A stretch of DNA of 64,000 nucleotides from an uncultured Thermoproteaceae archaeon (GCA_964575955.1 CAZNTG010000003.1:72662-136661); one strand, 5' to 3'. Shown: positions 1-10,682, counted from the stretch's first letter. Numbers and translations: made by a program. The notes: generated by a model from the sequence alone, not told the origin.

Positions 1-504
1 ATACCTACAAGAAGACTAGAGATTGAAAGTTTTGCAATATGTGATGGTGGTGAGATACCTGTAGAGATGTTTGAAATAGATGAAGATCATGTTAAGAAAT
101 TCTTAAAGAAGGTATTTCACAAGTTTGGAAGAGTTATAGAAAATGCTAATGGTATATCTTTAGAGTTTAGCATATGTTCATGGAGATTTGCAGTTGGATT
201 AGTATATCTATTAGCAAGATTTGGAATTAGATCAAGAGTTGTATCTAGCGATGATGGTAGTTTTAAGGTTATCATAGACATACCTGAGAGTGTTGAGAAA
301 TTTGTAAGATTTATAGATCTTGAAGAGTCTATGTACAAGTTTGAGACTTATCGTAAGAGCGTTATCGTTCCTATTCCAGGAACTGATCTTGCGTATGTTA
401 AGATTGTTAAGATTGAAGATGTTGGTGAACGTGATGTCTATGATTTTGAAGTTCCTCCGTTAGAGAACTTTATTGCTGGTTGGTCACCAATATGTTTACA
501 TAAT
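1..504 (+). mobile_element. Intein 1 in NrdD (C-terminal part only)
   Basis: VYDFEVPPLENFIAG (block F) and ICLHN|T junction; LAGLIDADG-type block H remnant LVYLLARFGIRS. Confidence 0.9.
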
Positions 505-3222
505 ACTGGTGCTATCGGTCTTAATGCTATTGATCTATACTTAGCACCATACATTGCACATGACAAGCTTGATTATGAGCAGGTTAAGCAATGTATTCAG
601 AGGTTCATATATAATCTAAACTATACTACAAGAGTTGGATATCAGACACCATTTAGCAATGTAACATTCGGTCTAGGTGTTAAGGAGTACTATTCAGCAC
701 CTGCATATGTTGGTGGTAGGATTGTTGGTAAGTTGGGAGATTATGTTGAGGAAGCTAAGCTAGTATTGAAAGCATTTTGTGAAATACTTCTTGAAGGTGA
801 TGCTTATGGTAGACCGTTTAGTGTTGCTGGTGATGAGATTACAATAGCTAGATTAGATGGTAGGTTAGTGATAGATGAGATTGGTAAAATTATTGATAAG
901 CTATTTGAAAAATATGGAGACTATGTTCTAAAGTTTGGAAAATATGAAATATTACCATTGGCTGGTCTTGATGTTAATTTGGAAGTATTAGGTATCTCCA
1001 ATGCAGTACCAACATTCCAAAAGGTGCTATATTTGGCAAGACATAGAGAGGATAGTGTTATTGAGATTAAGACTGATAGAGGATTTACAATCAAGGTTAC
1101 AGATTCACACTCTGTACTTGTATGGGAAGGTGGTAAAATAGTTGTTAAGGAGGCTAAAGATTTGAAGATAGGCGATGAACTTGTTGCATTAATATCACTT
1201 CCAGAGTTTGGAAGAGTAGATAGGTATGAGTATGTGAATATTGCAAAACTATTGAGAGAACATGTTCAAAATGTTGAGGATGTGTATGTTAAATCTCGTA
1301 GTGGAGAAGTATTACCATTATCTGAAGTTGATGTATCAGTATTGACAGATGAGGATGAGATATTTACAACTAGTGATAGGGTTGTAGTACCTGCGGTTAT
1401 TAAGCTAGATGAAGAGTTTAGCTATCTACTCGGAATATTCACTATGAGAGGTATTTTAGAGAATTGTAAAGTCGTATTTAGATTTAATATTGATGAGTTT
1501 GATATTGCTAAGCGTGTAGTATCGATATTTGAGAATGTGTTTGGAATTAAGCCAATATTAAGATTCTATGGTGATAGTATACTTGTTGAGGTAGATTCTA
1601 GAATAGTTTCAGAATTGTTTAAGATATTTAATGTTGATCATATACTTGAATCTTCACCAATAGTTAAGATTTCATTTATATCAGGTATTGTAGATTCTAT
1701 ACAAGACTTAGAGCTTGATAATGATGAAGTTGTTTTGAAGTTTAGTAATAAGAAGTTGATGTATCTCATAACTTATCTACTTCTAAGTCTTGGAATTGAA
1801 GTTTATGCAGGTGATAGTGGTCTAGTATTGAGGTATAGTCCTCTATATAGAGAATTCTCTAGATTTAGCATCAAGCTATCTAAGACATGTACAGGTAAGT
1901 CTGTGAGTTGTGTAGTTGCTGATGGTTGTGGATTTGTAGGCAGGTTGAAGGTTGTTGACATTAGAAGGGTTGAGTATAGTGGTTATGTGTATGACTTTAC
2001 TACATCTAGTGAAAACTTCCTTGCAGGTGTTGTAGTTGTACATAACACATTCCCAATACCAACAATAATACTTACTAATGATTGGATTAAGATAGTTGAA
2101 AGTGATGCAGAGCTTAGTGATCTATTTTGGAGATGTGTTGCTGAGCGTGGAAGTTTCTACTTCCTAAATAGTCTGACAAGTGATAGAACAGGAATATTCA
2201 GCTTCTGCTGTAGATTGACTGTTGATGTTAGAAAGGTTGTAGAGTATCTACATATGAGTAGAGGTGTATGGGCATTACCACCAAGTACTGGAAGTATTGG
2301 ATATATAACGATAAACCTGCCTAGAATTGCTATTGAAGCATCTATGAGAGGAGATGCTGAGAAGTATGTAGATGAACTACTTTATGAGTATATGAATATT
2401 GGTAGAGAAGTTCTAAATATACTCAGAGCAAGATATACAAAATTGCATAAGTTAGGTTACTATCCACTAACCAGACTGTACATAGATGAGCATGATCCAT
2501 TTAAATACTACTATAATACTATTGCAGTTACAGGAATGGCAGAGTATGTATCTATAATATTGAATGAGCCTAAACTATGGTTTAGAGAGATAAGTTTTGA
2601 TGGTAGAGAATATGTTAAAGATGTTATTAGAGTATATAAGAGAACTTTTGAATATATGGGTAAGATATTGGAAGAGTTTGAAGAAGAGGATAGAGTATTA
2701 TACAACCTAGAACAAGCACCTGCAGAGTCTAGTAGTTATAAGTTTGCTAGACTTGACTGGGAGAGATATCCAAAGTTTAGAGAATTCATACCACACGGTG
2801 TTGATCCATTTACAGGACGTGAAGAGCCATATTACACAAGTCAGAATACTCCACCATATACATCATGGAGAATTCAAACACAGATAGCTGTTGAGTCTGA
2901 AATTCAGAAGTTATTTACAGGTGGTGTAATGAAGCACATATTTGTCCATAGACCTGTAAAGAGTGAGAAAGTTAGAGAGTTGGTACTGTCTATATGTGAG
3001 AAGACTGATATAGTATATCTAAGCTATGCACCAACACAGAGTATATGTCTAGATTGTGGATATAGAACTACAGAGGTAATTTGGGAATGTCCAAAGTGTG
3101 GTAGTAAGAATGTTGAACAGTGGACTAGGATTGTGGGATATTATAGACCTGTTAGGAGTTGGAATCCAGGTAGAAGAACAGAATTTGCTATGAGAAGAGA
3201 TTTTGCACAAGATTTTGCATAA
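1..3222 (+). CDS. nrdD: Anaerobic class III ribonucleoside-triphosphate reductase with two inteins (5' partial)
   Basis: Frame is open from base 1. QTPFSNVT, GRPF|TFPIPT after splicing, SFCCRL, TGSIGYITINLPR, YNLEQAPAES, CLDC..CPKC zinc ribbon and glycyl radical motif RIVGYYRPV. Confidence 0.96.
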   Translation: MPTRRLEIESFAICDGGEIPVEMFEIDEDHVKKFLKKVFHKFGRVIENANGISLEFSICSWRFAVGLVYLLARFGIRSRVVSSDDGSFKVIIDIPESVEKFVRFIDLEESMYKFETYRKSVIVPIPGTDLAYVKIVKIEDVGERDVYDFEVPPLENFIAGWSPICLHNTGAIGLNAIDLYLAPYIAHDKLDYEQVKQCIQRFIYNLNYTTRVGYQTPFSNVTFGLGVKEYYSAPAYVGGRIVGKLGDYVEEAKLVLKAFCEILLEGDAYGRPFSVAGDEITIARLDGRLVIDEIGKIIDKLFEKYGDYVLKFGKYEILPLAGLDVNLEVLGISNAVPTFQKVLYLARHREDSVIEIKTDRGFTIKVTDSHSVLVWEGGKIVVKEAKDLKIGDELVALISLPEFGRVDRYEYVNIAKLLREHVQNVEDVYVKSRSGEVLPLSEVDVSVLTDEDEIFTTSDRVVVPAVIKLDEEFSYLLGIFTMRGILENCKVVFRFNIDEFDIAKRVVSIFENVFGIKPILRFYGDSILVEVDSRIVSELFKIFNVDHILESSPIVKISFISGIVDSIQDLELDNDEVVLKFSNKKLMYLITYLLLSLGIEVYAGDSGLVLRYSPLYREFSRFSIKLSKTCTGKSVSCVVADGCGFVGRLKVVDIRRVEYSGYVYDFTTSSENFLAGVVVVHNTFPIPTIILTNDWIKIVESDAELSDLFWRCVAERGSFYFLNSLTSDRTGIFSFCCRLTVDVRKVVEYLHMSRGVWALPPSTGSIGYITINLPRIAIEASMRGDAEKYVDELLYEYMNIGREVLNILRARYTKLHKLGYYPLTRLYIDEHDPFKYYYNTIAVTGMAEYVSIILNEPKLWFREISFDGREYVKDVIRVYKRTFEYMGKILEEFEEEDRVLYNLEQAPAESSSYKFARLDWERYPKFREFIPHGVDPFTGREEPYYTSQNTPPYTSWRIQTQIAVESEIQKLFTGGVMKHIFVHRPVKSEKVRELVLSICEKTDIVYLSYAPTQSICLDCGYRTTEVIWECPKCGSKNVEQWTRIVGYYRPVRSWNPGRRTEFAMRRDFAQDFA
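820..2046 (+). mobile_element. Intein 2 in NrdD (409 aa, Ser-start, LAGLIDADG-like insert)
   Basis: Starts SVAGDE, block B IKVTDSHSV, ends VYDFTTSSENFLAGVVVVHN|T; removal restores GRPFTFPIPT. Confidence 0.93.
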
Positions 3223-3224
3223 TT

Positions 3225-3803
3225 TTAATATCTTGGAGCTGACTTTATAATTTCTAAAGCCTGTACAACTCTTCTAAGAACTTCTAGATCACGTATCAAT
3301 CTCTCGTATGTAGTATCATCAATCTCGCCTCTATTCTTAGCTGATTCTATCTCTTGTAGAAGTATGTCTATCTTTTCAGTACTTATAGTCATGGTATCTA
3401 TTGATCTTATCCAATGTTCTTTAATCATATTTTCAATCTCGTCATACTTACGTTTCAACTCTTCGTATAGTGTGCTTATTCTTGATATAACTTCATTTAA
3501 TGTTGCAAGTCCTGAACTGTATGTTTCTTCATCTATAATCTCTAACTCTCTCTTAACTCTCAACATCTCTATCATCTGTTTTGCAAGATCTAGCTCATTT
3601 TTCAATTCTTCAATCTTTGAGTATATTAATGCATTATCAATATCCCATCTCCTCTTCAATTCTTCTACAGCTCTCTTATACTCTTGCCATAGTTGTGAAA
3701 CTTTTTCAAGAAGTTGTTTATACTCTTCATACTTCCTATTTACAAATTCTTGAATTGCCTCTATATACGTGCTTAATCTTCTTTCTAATTCTGATGTCGA
3801 CAT
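3225..3803 (-). CDS. Coiled-coil protein with CdvA-like G-x-I-x3-Y helical-hairpin motifs
   Basis: All-helical heptads; KRELEIIDEETY and RGEIDDTTYERL motifs; paralog of the adjacent gene. Confidence 0.75.
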   Translation of the reverse strand: MSTSELERRLSTYIEAIQEFVNRKYEEYKQLLEKVSQLWQEYKRAVEELKRRWDIDNALIYSKIEELKNELDLAKQMIEMLRVKRELEIIDEETYSSGLATLNEVISRISTLYEELKRKYDEIENMIKEHWIRSIDTMTISTEKIDILLQEIESAKNRGEIDDTTYERLIRDLEVLRRVVQALEIIKSAPRY

Positions 3804-3812
3804 AGTATATCA

Positions 3813-4568
3813 CTAACTTAGAAGACTTTCAAGCTCACGTTTAAGTCTCTCATATACCTCACGACTAATCTTACCATCTCTTAACAATTCGTCAAGTCTT
3901 GTAAGTATAACTCTCATCTTACCAACTTCAGGTGTTGGTACAACTGTCAGCAATTTCTTAACATGTGATATTATTCCACCTGAAATATATTCAAATCTTC
4001 TATACAACTCATCAAACACTCTTCTAAGTTTTGATAATCTATTCTCAATCTCTTCTCTAAGTTTACTATATTGCTCATCATCTAGTATTCCAAGATCTTT
4101 ACGATAATCTAACTCTTTTAAATCTAGTTCATACATCGATATTATTCTTTTTAATAGTTCTAGATGATGTTCTATCAATATTCTCTGCTTATCAAATTGT
4201 GTTCTAGTATTATTAACATATTCTTCATATTCTCTCCACTTTCTATCAAGTTCTGAAACTCTATTTTCAAAATCTTGAATAATTTTTTCAAGATCTTCAA
4301 TAATCATATCTTCATACTCTCTAGAAGGCTTTACAGCTACTTCTACAGGTTTTGTCTCTACAGGTTTTACTTCTGCACTTTCTATCGTCTGAACTTGTTG
4401 TGTTTCTGGTTTTGTCTCTATAGCAGCCCTATGTCTAATATATATTGGACATGTAATGTAGTCAAGAAAGCAATACCATGCATATGGATTAACTGGCTTG
4501 TTAGTAAATGAGCATATATACATATCTCCCTCTCTCCTTAATGCTGGACATACAGCACTTCGAGACAT
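3813..4568 (-). CDS. N-terminal Cys4 (putative Zn) domain fused to a CdvA-like coiled coil
   Basis: CPALR..YIC..WYC..TCPIY, EVKP-rich linker, RKDLGILDDEQY and DGKISREVYERL. Confidence 0.75.
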   Translation of the reverse strand: MSRSAVCPALRREGDMYICSFTNKPVNPYAWYCFLDYITCPIYIRHRAAIETKPETQQVQTIESAEVKPVETKPVEVAVKPSREYEDMIIEDLEKIIQDFENRVSELDRKWREYEEYVNNTRTQFDKQRILIEHHLELLKRIISMYELDLKELDYRKDLGILDDEQYSKLREEIENRLSKLRRVFDELYRRFEYISGGIISHVKKLLTVVPTPEVGKMRVILTRLDELLRDGKISREVYERLKRELESLLS

Positions 4569-4573
4569 ATGTA

Positions 4574-5305
4574 TTACCTAGACATGGGGTGATATATACT
4601 ATCCTCATTTAATAAAGATACAGTTTTAATATAGTCTAAATGTGTTCCAATATCGATAACATCATCTTCTAAACATTCTAAATCTATGTAACTAACATTA
4701 ACTTTTCTACTAACAAGCTCTCTAAATAGAATATTCATATCTACCATATCATACATAGTTTCAAGATGTTCCAATATTGGATATATGGCTTCAAGATTTA
4801 TGTAATATATTCCTGATATAGTACTAAATTCAGGTTTTTCAACCCATCTCAATTCTCCATCACTTACAATAATGCCATATTTAAACTTTCTACGTATAGT
4901 AAATATTGTAAGTATACTACCACTATCTATACAAGTTTCAACTTTCTTCATAATATTTTCAATACATCGTTTAGATATGTATAGATCCCCGTTAATTAGA
5001 ATTATGTTCTTAAACCTATACTTCAAATATACATTTTTTAAATGTCCTGCTGTACCTCTTAATTTAGAATCTACTAATGTTTCAACATTTAGATATTTTA
5101 GATATCTTTCGTATGGATATGCGCAATATCCTAATACTATGACAATTTTAGAATCTTTCAATACTTCTCTTATATTTTTCACAATGTTTAGTAATGTGCT
5201 GAATTTTCTAGATATAGGTACGAGAGGTTTTGGTGTTATGTATGTTAATGGTTTTAATCTCTTACCTGCACCTGCTGCTAATACTACTACATCTATAATA
5301 GTTAT
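4574..5305 (-). CDS. Sugar-phosphate nucleotidyltransferase (NTP_transferase), probable ATA/ATT start
   Basis: In-frame LAAGAGKRLKPLTYITPKPLVPI lies upstream of the tracked GTG; GTAG, INGD, EKP and DIGT motifs follow. Confidence 0.85.
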   Translation of the reverse strand: MTIIDVVVLAAGAGKRLKPLTYITPKPLVPISRKFSTLLNIVKNIREVLKDSKIVIVLGYCAYPYERYLKYLNVETLVDSKLRGTAGHLKNVYLKYRFKNIILINGDLYISKRCIENIMKKVETCIDSGSILTIFTIRRKFKYGIIVSDGELRWVEKPEFSTISGIYYINLEAIYPILEHLETMYDMVDMNILFRELVSRKVNVSYIDLECLEDDVIDIGTHLDYIKTVSLLNEDSIYHPMSR

Positions 5306-5309
5306 GCAC

Positions 5310-5636
5310 CTATAGGTAGTCTTCTAGACCTATCTTCTTTAATTTAGCTCTAACTTTTTCAACATCTTTCTCAAGTTTCTTAGCTTCCTTAACTATGTCT
5401 ATCTCTGGAGCTTCTTCATGTCTCTTACTCTTTAGACATTTTCCATCAGGTGATAGTGCACGTGCCATACATGATGCAAATTGACATCTAGCACCTATGC
5501 ATTGATCATTTGTTAATGTACATATTACCTGTACATTACTTCCTCTTCTAATTATTCTAAGACACTTCTTTAAACATCTAAAATCTGGACATCTTGGTCC
5601 TTCACATTCTTTTAGTCCTTCACTATTGGTTTTCAT
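5310..5636 (-). CDS. Cys-rich hypothetical protein (putative metal binding)
   Basis: Nine Cys in the N-terminal 70 aa followed by a charged helix; in an operon-like run. Confidence 0.7.
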   Translation of the reverse strand: MKTNSEGLKECEGPRCPDFRCLKKCLRIIRRGSNVQVICTLTNDQCIGARCQFASCMARALSPDGKCLKSKRHEEAPEIDIVKEAKKLEKDVEKVRAKLKKIGLEDYL

Positions 5637-5677
5637 TAATGTTACATGTATTATATCTTGACTAGTACTTAATAACT

Positions 5678-6640
5678 TTACTTTTCTAAAACCTGGCTTT
5701 GCAATATTTCTGCTTCTCTTCTACACCCATTTTCAAGTAGAAATCTGTATACTTCATATGGTTCTGGTACATTACTACCACCTCTCTTAGTACATTTTAA
5801 TGCTGAGTATGCAGATGCTATCTTTCCAGCAATTTCTGGTTCTACACCTAGAATTCTCATGTATGTATATACTGCTGAATATACATCACCAGCACCTGTA
5901 GTATCAATAACATTAACTTTAAATGGCTGTATTAGATATTTAGAATCTTCAATAATTATAAGACTACCTCTATCTCCTAGAGTTATTATAAATTCCCTAC
6001 ATTTATCATATAGATCTCTAATCTTATGTTCAAAATTTTCTGTCTTAAACATTAGATATGCTTCTTGAAAATTCATGAACATATAGTTAAATCTTATATC
6101 AAACTTTTCAATAAAATCTATGCCTAGTTTAGCAATTTCTGTTCTAAGTCCTAAAGATATAGATTTTACATTTATACTACTAATCTTCTCTAACACCTCT
6201 TTCAATACTTCAATCTCAGATAATACTACATGTACATGATCTACATTTTCTAATACTTTCAAATCTTCATCCGTCAATGTTAGATATTTATTAGCACCTG
6301 AATTTCCTATCATATACTTCACACCTCTATTATCAACTATGACTATTACAAATCCTGTTGTCTCATTTACTCTCTTTATATGTTTAATATCAATGTTGAG
6401 AACTTTCAATCTATCTATCAGGAAATCTCCAATCACATCTAGACCACATGAAGCTATTAGAATTGAGTATCCGCACAATTTTGATATTGTTATTGCATAG
6501 TTTGTAGCTGCACCTCCTGGAGCTATATACGCTTCTCTACATGTTTCTCTAGAGTCTGGCTTAGGAATTTCATCAACTCTTACATATATGTCAAGATTTA
6601 GATGACCTATAGATGCTACTCTAGGTTTCACATTATCCAA
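5678..6640 (-). CDS. PfkB family carbohydrate kinase
   Basis: PGGAATN and DTTGAGD signatures. Confidence 0.92.
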   Translation of the reverse strand: MDNVKPRVASIGHLNLDIYVRVDEIPKPDSRETCREAYIAPGGAATNYAITISKLCGYSILIASCGLDVIGDFLIDRLKVLNIDIKHIKRVNETTGFVIVIVDNRGVKYMIGNSGANKYLTLTDEDLKVLENVDHVHVVLSEIEVLKEVLEKISSINVKSISLGLRTEIAKLGIDFIEKFDIRFNYMFMNFQEAYLMFKTENFEHKIRDLYDKCREFIITLGDRGSLIIIEDSKYLIQPFKVNVIDTTGAGDVYSAVYTYMRILGVEPEIAGKIASAYSALKCTKRGGSNVPEPYEVYRFLLENGCRREAEILQSQVLEK

Positions 6641-6651
6641 CTTTTAAATAC

Positions 6652-7188
6652 TTGAAGATATTTATTAAAGATGGTAATCTCGTGAGGTTTAGTGAAGAAC
6701 ATGTTGAAAAGCTTCTCAGGATTCGTAAGATGTTAGAGAGGAAGATTAGAAGATTGAAAGCTCAATTAAGATTTTATGAAGAACTTCTAAGATATGTAGA
6801 TTCAATACTTAGACAATCATCAATAACAACAGCTGATAAATATCTTATTGAGAAGCAAAAGATTGAAGAGAGGATTAGTAAGTGTGTTGATATTGAGAGA
6901 AGAGATGAATATGTTGAAATTAGGCTAAAATTTCCATTGAAGAAGGATGATTGGAGATTTAGAAAATATGTTAAAGAGAAGTATTTAGAAAAATTTAAGA
7001 GTGAAGATCTTGAGAGAGTTAGAGAAGGTGAGATTGAGAAGGAGTATATGTTTGATTATGAGGTAGTCACTAGAGAGGATGGAACTATTGAAAGTTTAAA
7101 ATTGTGGAATTGTGATAATATTAGACTTGAGAGGATTGTCAAGATTTTAGAATATATATGTAGAAGAGCTAGACAAGAGTCAGGTTAG
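6652..7188 (+). CDS. Hypothetical protein with N-terminal coiled coil (start uncertain)
   Basis: Long ORF with coding-like composition; overlaps the ligase stop. Confidence 0.65.
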   Translation: MKIFIKDGNLVRFSEEHVEKLLRIRKMLERKIRRLKAQLRFYEELLRYVDSILRQSSITTADKYLIEKQKIEERISKCVDIERRDEYVEIRLKFPLKKDDWRFRKYVKEKYLEKFKSEDLERVREGEIEKEYMFDYEVVTREDGTIESLKLWNCDNIRLERIVKILEYICRRARQESG

Positions 7189-9044
7189 ACTACTTCACTA
7201 ATCTTCACCTTTCTCTGCCTCAGATACATCTCATATATCTCTTTAACTGTTGTTGCTTGTTCAGGTTTTTTATCAAATCTATACCTACCTGTAAATCTTG
7301 GAAATCTTATTGCAAGTCCAAATCCTGGTTTTACACTATTCATAGCACATGTATGTAATGGACTTAGCGTTATCTCTGCACCAACAATCTCTAAGACTAG
7401 TGAAGGTACAAACCACACATCTGGTTCCATCTTACTTACAACTCTTGGATGTTTGTGAGGTATTTTGTATGGTTCTAATATTTGTTGAAGTTTTACAAGA
7501 TCTTCATCTGTAAATCCACTACCTACCTTACAGACTGTGTAGAACATGTCTGTATCTGGATCATATGCAGCCATTAGTAATGCACCATACTTACCTGCTC
7601 TTCTACCTCTACCGTAGAATGCTCCGACAACTACTAGATCTAGTGTGTCTGTTAGCTCACTTCTATAATCTCTCTTATACTTAATCCATAGCCATCCTCT
7701 AGAACCCATCTCATATATTGCATCCATCTTCACAGATTTACATACAAGTCCTTCACATTCTTCAGATATTGCTTCATGGAAGAACTTTTCTAATTCTTCA
7801 ACATCATCGATAAGTCTCCATGTTGCAATTTCTACATTTTCTGTAGGTTTTACAATTTCTATAAGTTTTCTTCTCCTATCTATTAGTGGTGTATTTGTTA
7901 GATCTTGACCGTCAACATATATTACGTCGAATAGGAATAGTTTAACAGGATATTCTTTCATTGCTTCTGCAATGTTGTGTTTTCTCCTTCTATGCATGAG
8001 TTCTTGAAATGGTTTAAATTCTCCAGTATCTGGATCATACGCAACAATCTCACCTTCGACTATGTATTCTCTAGCGTTTATTGCCTCTTCAACATATTTA
8101 ACAACGTCAGGATATGCATGTGTGATATCTTCAAGTCTTCTACTAAATATCTTAATTCTACCATCTCTAGTCTTATGAATTTGTGCTCTCTCACCATCAT
8201 ACTTATACTCGCATAAAGCTATACCTCCAAGTTTTGACAATATCTCACTTGCAGAGCTCAATCTCTCAGCTAGCATTGGCTGTACAGGTATTCCAGGTGT
8301 TACGCGTATTTCCTGTAGAGCTTGTGGTCCTTTCTCAGCTAGTAGTTTTGCAATATATCCTAAATCTGGATATACGTGATATGCTTTCTCAAGTTCTTCT
8401 CTTCTAACTTTAAATACTGTAGATAATGCGTCTAGTATAGTCATATCTGCTATTCCAAGTCTAAGTCTACCTACTACAAATCTAGCAATGTATTTAGCTT
8501 CTTCAGGTTTTGCATCACTAAATAATGATGCTAATAACTTAACTTTCAGATCCATAGCACCTTCACCTGTAGCTTTAGCAATCTGCATTAAAGTATCGTA
8601 AACTCTGCTCATAGTTAATTCTCTCTGAACCTTACCTGTACCTCCTCCTAAAAATGCTAGTATTGTACCTTGCTGTGTCTGTTTCTGTGTCTTCTGTAGT
8701 AGTACTCTTCTAGCAACTTCACCTAAATCACCAATCTTCTTATACAACTCTTCAATCTGTTTAATAGGTAGACCTGAAGCATGTGATAGTGCTCTCATTG
8801 TAAGTCTCTCACCAACACCAAGTTCAACACCTTCCCAACTTGGTCTTAAGTCTCCAAGTATGAAGTATATTACCTTATCTATAACATTTGGAGAACATTT
8901 TCTCAATAATAGTGAGAGTAGTTTAGCCATTGTTGTTCTTTGTGATGTAGCTTCAATAGCTTCGAGAACCTTAACTACTTCACTAAATTTCAAATCCTGT
9001 TCCTGATCTGTAGTCTTAACACGATTAGAACTCATACTACTCAA
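7185..9044 (-). CDS. lig: ATP-dependent DNA ligase
   Basis: [26 protein letters not shown] and IRFPRF motifs. Confidence 0.97.
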   Translation of the reverse strand: MSSMSSNRVKTTDQEQDLKFSEVVKVLEAIEATSQRTTMAKLLSLLLRKCSPNVIDKVIYFILGDLRPSWEGVELGVGERLTMRALSHASGLPIKQIEELYKKIGDLGEVARRVLLQKTQKQTQQGTILAFLGGGTGKVQRELTMSRVYDTLMQIAKATGEGAMDLKVKLLASLFSDAKPEEAKYIARFVVGRLRLGIADMTILDALSTVFKVRREELEKAYHVYPDLGYIAKLLAEKGPQALQEIRVTPGIPVQPMLAERLSSASEILSKLGGIALCEYKYDGERAQIHKTRDGRIKIFSRRLEDITHAYPDVVKYVEEAINAREYIVEGEIVAYDPDTGEFKPFQELMHRRRKHNIAEAMKEYPVKLFLFDVIYVDGQDLTNTPLIDRRRKLIEIVKPTENVEIATWRLIDDVEELEKFFHEAISEECEGLVCKSVKMDAIYEMGSRGWLWIKYKRDYRSELTDTLDLVVVGAFYGRGRRAGKYGALLMAAYDPDTDMFYTVCKVGSGFTDEDLVKLQQILEPYKIPHKHPRVVSKMEPDVWFVPSLVLEIVGAEITLSPLHTCAMNSVKPGFGLAIRFPRFTGRYRFDKKPEQATTVKEIYEMYLRQRKVKISEVV

Positions 9045-9064
9045 TAATTATAACTATATCCTGA

Positions 9065-9622
9065 TTAATAAGGTCGCTTCTTTTCAAGAAGCATCTCTAG
9101 ATATGTCTTATGTACAATATCACTATCTTTCAAACCTATACTCTCTGCAAAATCTTTAATATTTTTAATACATTCATCTATTAGAGATCTATCATTTACA
9201 ACACACTCTATCTCTACAAAATTACCTAAATCTTTAACATAGTCTAGAGATATTGTTAAATTCTCTTTCTGAAATACACGTCTATACTTCACAATTTCTA
9301 TAACCTTCCTGAAACCTAACCTCTCTAAAATTTTAATACAATTTTCATAATTATCAACTTCTACACTAATCTCCTCTCTAGTCTTACCTTCACTACACAT
9401 TCTAGGTCCTTTATATGTCAATATGTATGATGTTCCTCTTTCAGATTTTTCAATTCTTAATCTCAAAGCTTCATCACTCTTTGCAAAATCTCTACATGGA
9501 TGTGCAAAGTATATATCTATCTCCTCTACTACGTATATCTGTCTACATTTACTATCTATCAATTTTTTCTCAATATTTTGAATATTATTTTCAACTTTAT
9601 ACTTTATCTCAACTTCATACAT
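9065..9622 (-). CDS. cyaB: CYTH domain protein (class IV adenylate cyclase family)
   Basis: EVEIKY, LRLR, LTYKGP, FVEIE. Confidence 0.9.
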   Translation of the reverse strand: MYEVEIKYKVENNIQNIEKKLIDSKCRQIYVVEEIDIYFAHPCRDFAKSDEALRLRIEKSERGTSYILTYKGPRMCSEGKTREEISVEVDNYENCIKILERLGFRKVIEIVKYRRVFQKENLTISLDYVKDLGNFVEIECVVNDRSLIDECIKNIKDFAESIGLKDSDIVHKTYLEMLLEKKRPY

Positions 9623-9636
9623 ATATTAAGTATGTA

Positions 9637-10230
9637 TTAGTCTACTATTTTAATCTTCTCTTTCAAACTATTTAATATTTCTAGTAGATTTTCAATGCTG
9701 AGTCTATTCATTATAAATTCTCTCAATAGTATCAGTTCTGTAGTGCAGTATGTTATTATGTTTGTATCTATTCCCTTATAGTTTAGTATTATGTATGCAT
9801 AAGATTCTTCATTTATTTCTCTATATACTTCAATATTCTTTAAAATATTTCTTAACTCTTTATCTTCTATTTTTGACATGTTTTCTCTACCAATTATGTC
9901 TATTCCAGAGCATACATACTCGACTTCTAGTATGCATGGTGGTTTATACATGTCTACTATCAGCATCTTCCTACTTTTCAATTTCTCATTTGAGTACTTC
10001 TTAACGTATTCGTATGGTATTGATGTTACGTATGTTAATTCTCCTCTAAATCCTGCATATATACATACTGTTGCTGGTTCTTTAGTGATCTTTCCTGGTG
10101 ATGTTAATATCATTGCAAATGCGTTACATCTATCTCCAAATGTTCTAAATACGTATATTGTAGCTATGTTAAATATCTTATTTAATTTTTCTTCTGATGC
10201 GCTTACAGCTATTATAAATGCATCAATCAT
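9637..10230 (-). CDS. Hypothetical protein
   Basis: 197 aa ORF co-oriented with cyaB and lig. Confidence 0.6.
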   Translation of the reverse strand: MIDAFIIAVSASEEKLNKIFNIATIYVFRTFGDRCNAFAMILTSPGKITKEPATVCIYAGFRGELTYVTSIPYEYVKKYSNEKLKSRKMLIVDMYKPPCILEVEYVCSGIDIIGRENMSKIEDKELRNILKNIEVYREINEESYAYIILNYKGIDTNIITYCTTELILLREFIMNRLSIENLLEILNSLKEKIKIVD

Positions 10231-10295
10231 CCTATAGTACTATATTTAAAGTCAAGTTTTATAAAGAAGTATCTACAGGAATAGATAGTGTATAG

Positions 10296-10631
10296 ATGAG
10301 TGAGAGTATTGTTAAGCTTATTGATGCAGTAAAGAGGGGAGATGCATCAGCATTTTTGAGACTTGTTAAGAGAATTGAAGAGATATGTAGAACATCTATG
10401 ATTAGTAGAAGAGAGGCCTGGCTTGGTAAAGATCTAGTACTTGTAAACTACTGTACATACATGCTTATAGATAGGAGAGAGGGTGCTGCATATGTTCTTG
10501 TTAGAGGGAGAGAATATTACACAGTTATTAGACTAGACATAACATCACTATTAAATCAGAGTGAGAGAGAGATAGCAGAGACATTATGCATATATGTAGA
10601 TGAGATAGAGTCAGTATCAAGAACAATATAG
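10296..10631 (+). CDS. Hypothetical protein
   Basis: 111 aa ORF with TTTATAAA upstream; directly precedes a C/D sRNA. Confidence 0.6.
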   Translation: MSESIVKLIDAVKRGDASAFLRLVKRIEEICRTSMISRREAWLGKDLVLVNYCTYMLIDRREGAAYVLVRGREYYTVIRLDITSLLNQSEREIAETLCIYVDEIESVSRTI

Positions 10632-10682
10632 ATGATGTCGGCCTGCCAACACTGATAGATGATGTGGAACCGGTGTTACTGA
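10632..10682 (+). ncRNA. C/D box guide sRNA
   Basis: ATGATGT-cggcctgccaaca-CTGA-tag-ATGATGT-ggaaccggtgtta-CTGA; GC-rich guides in an AT-rich context. Confidence 0.85.
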
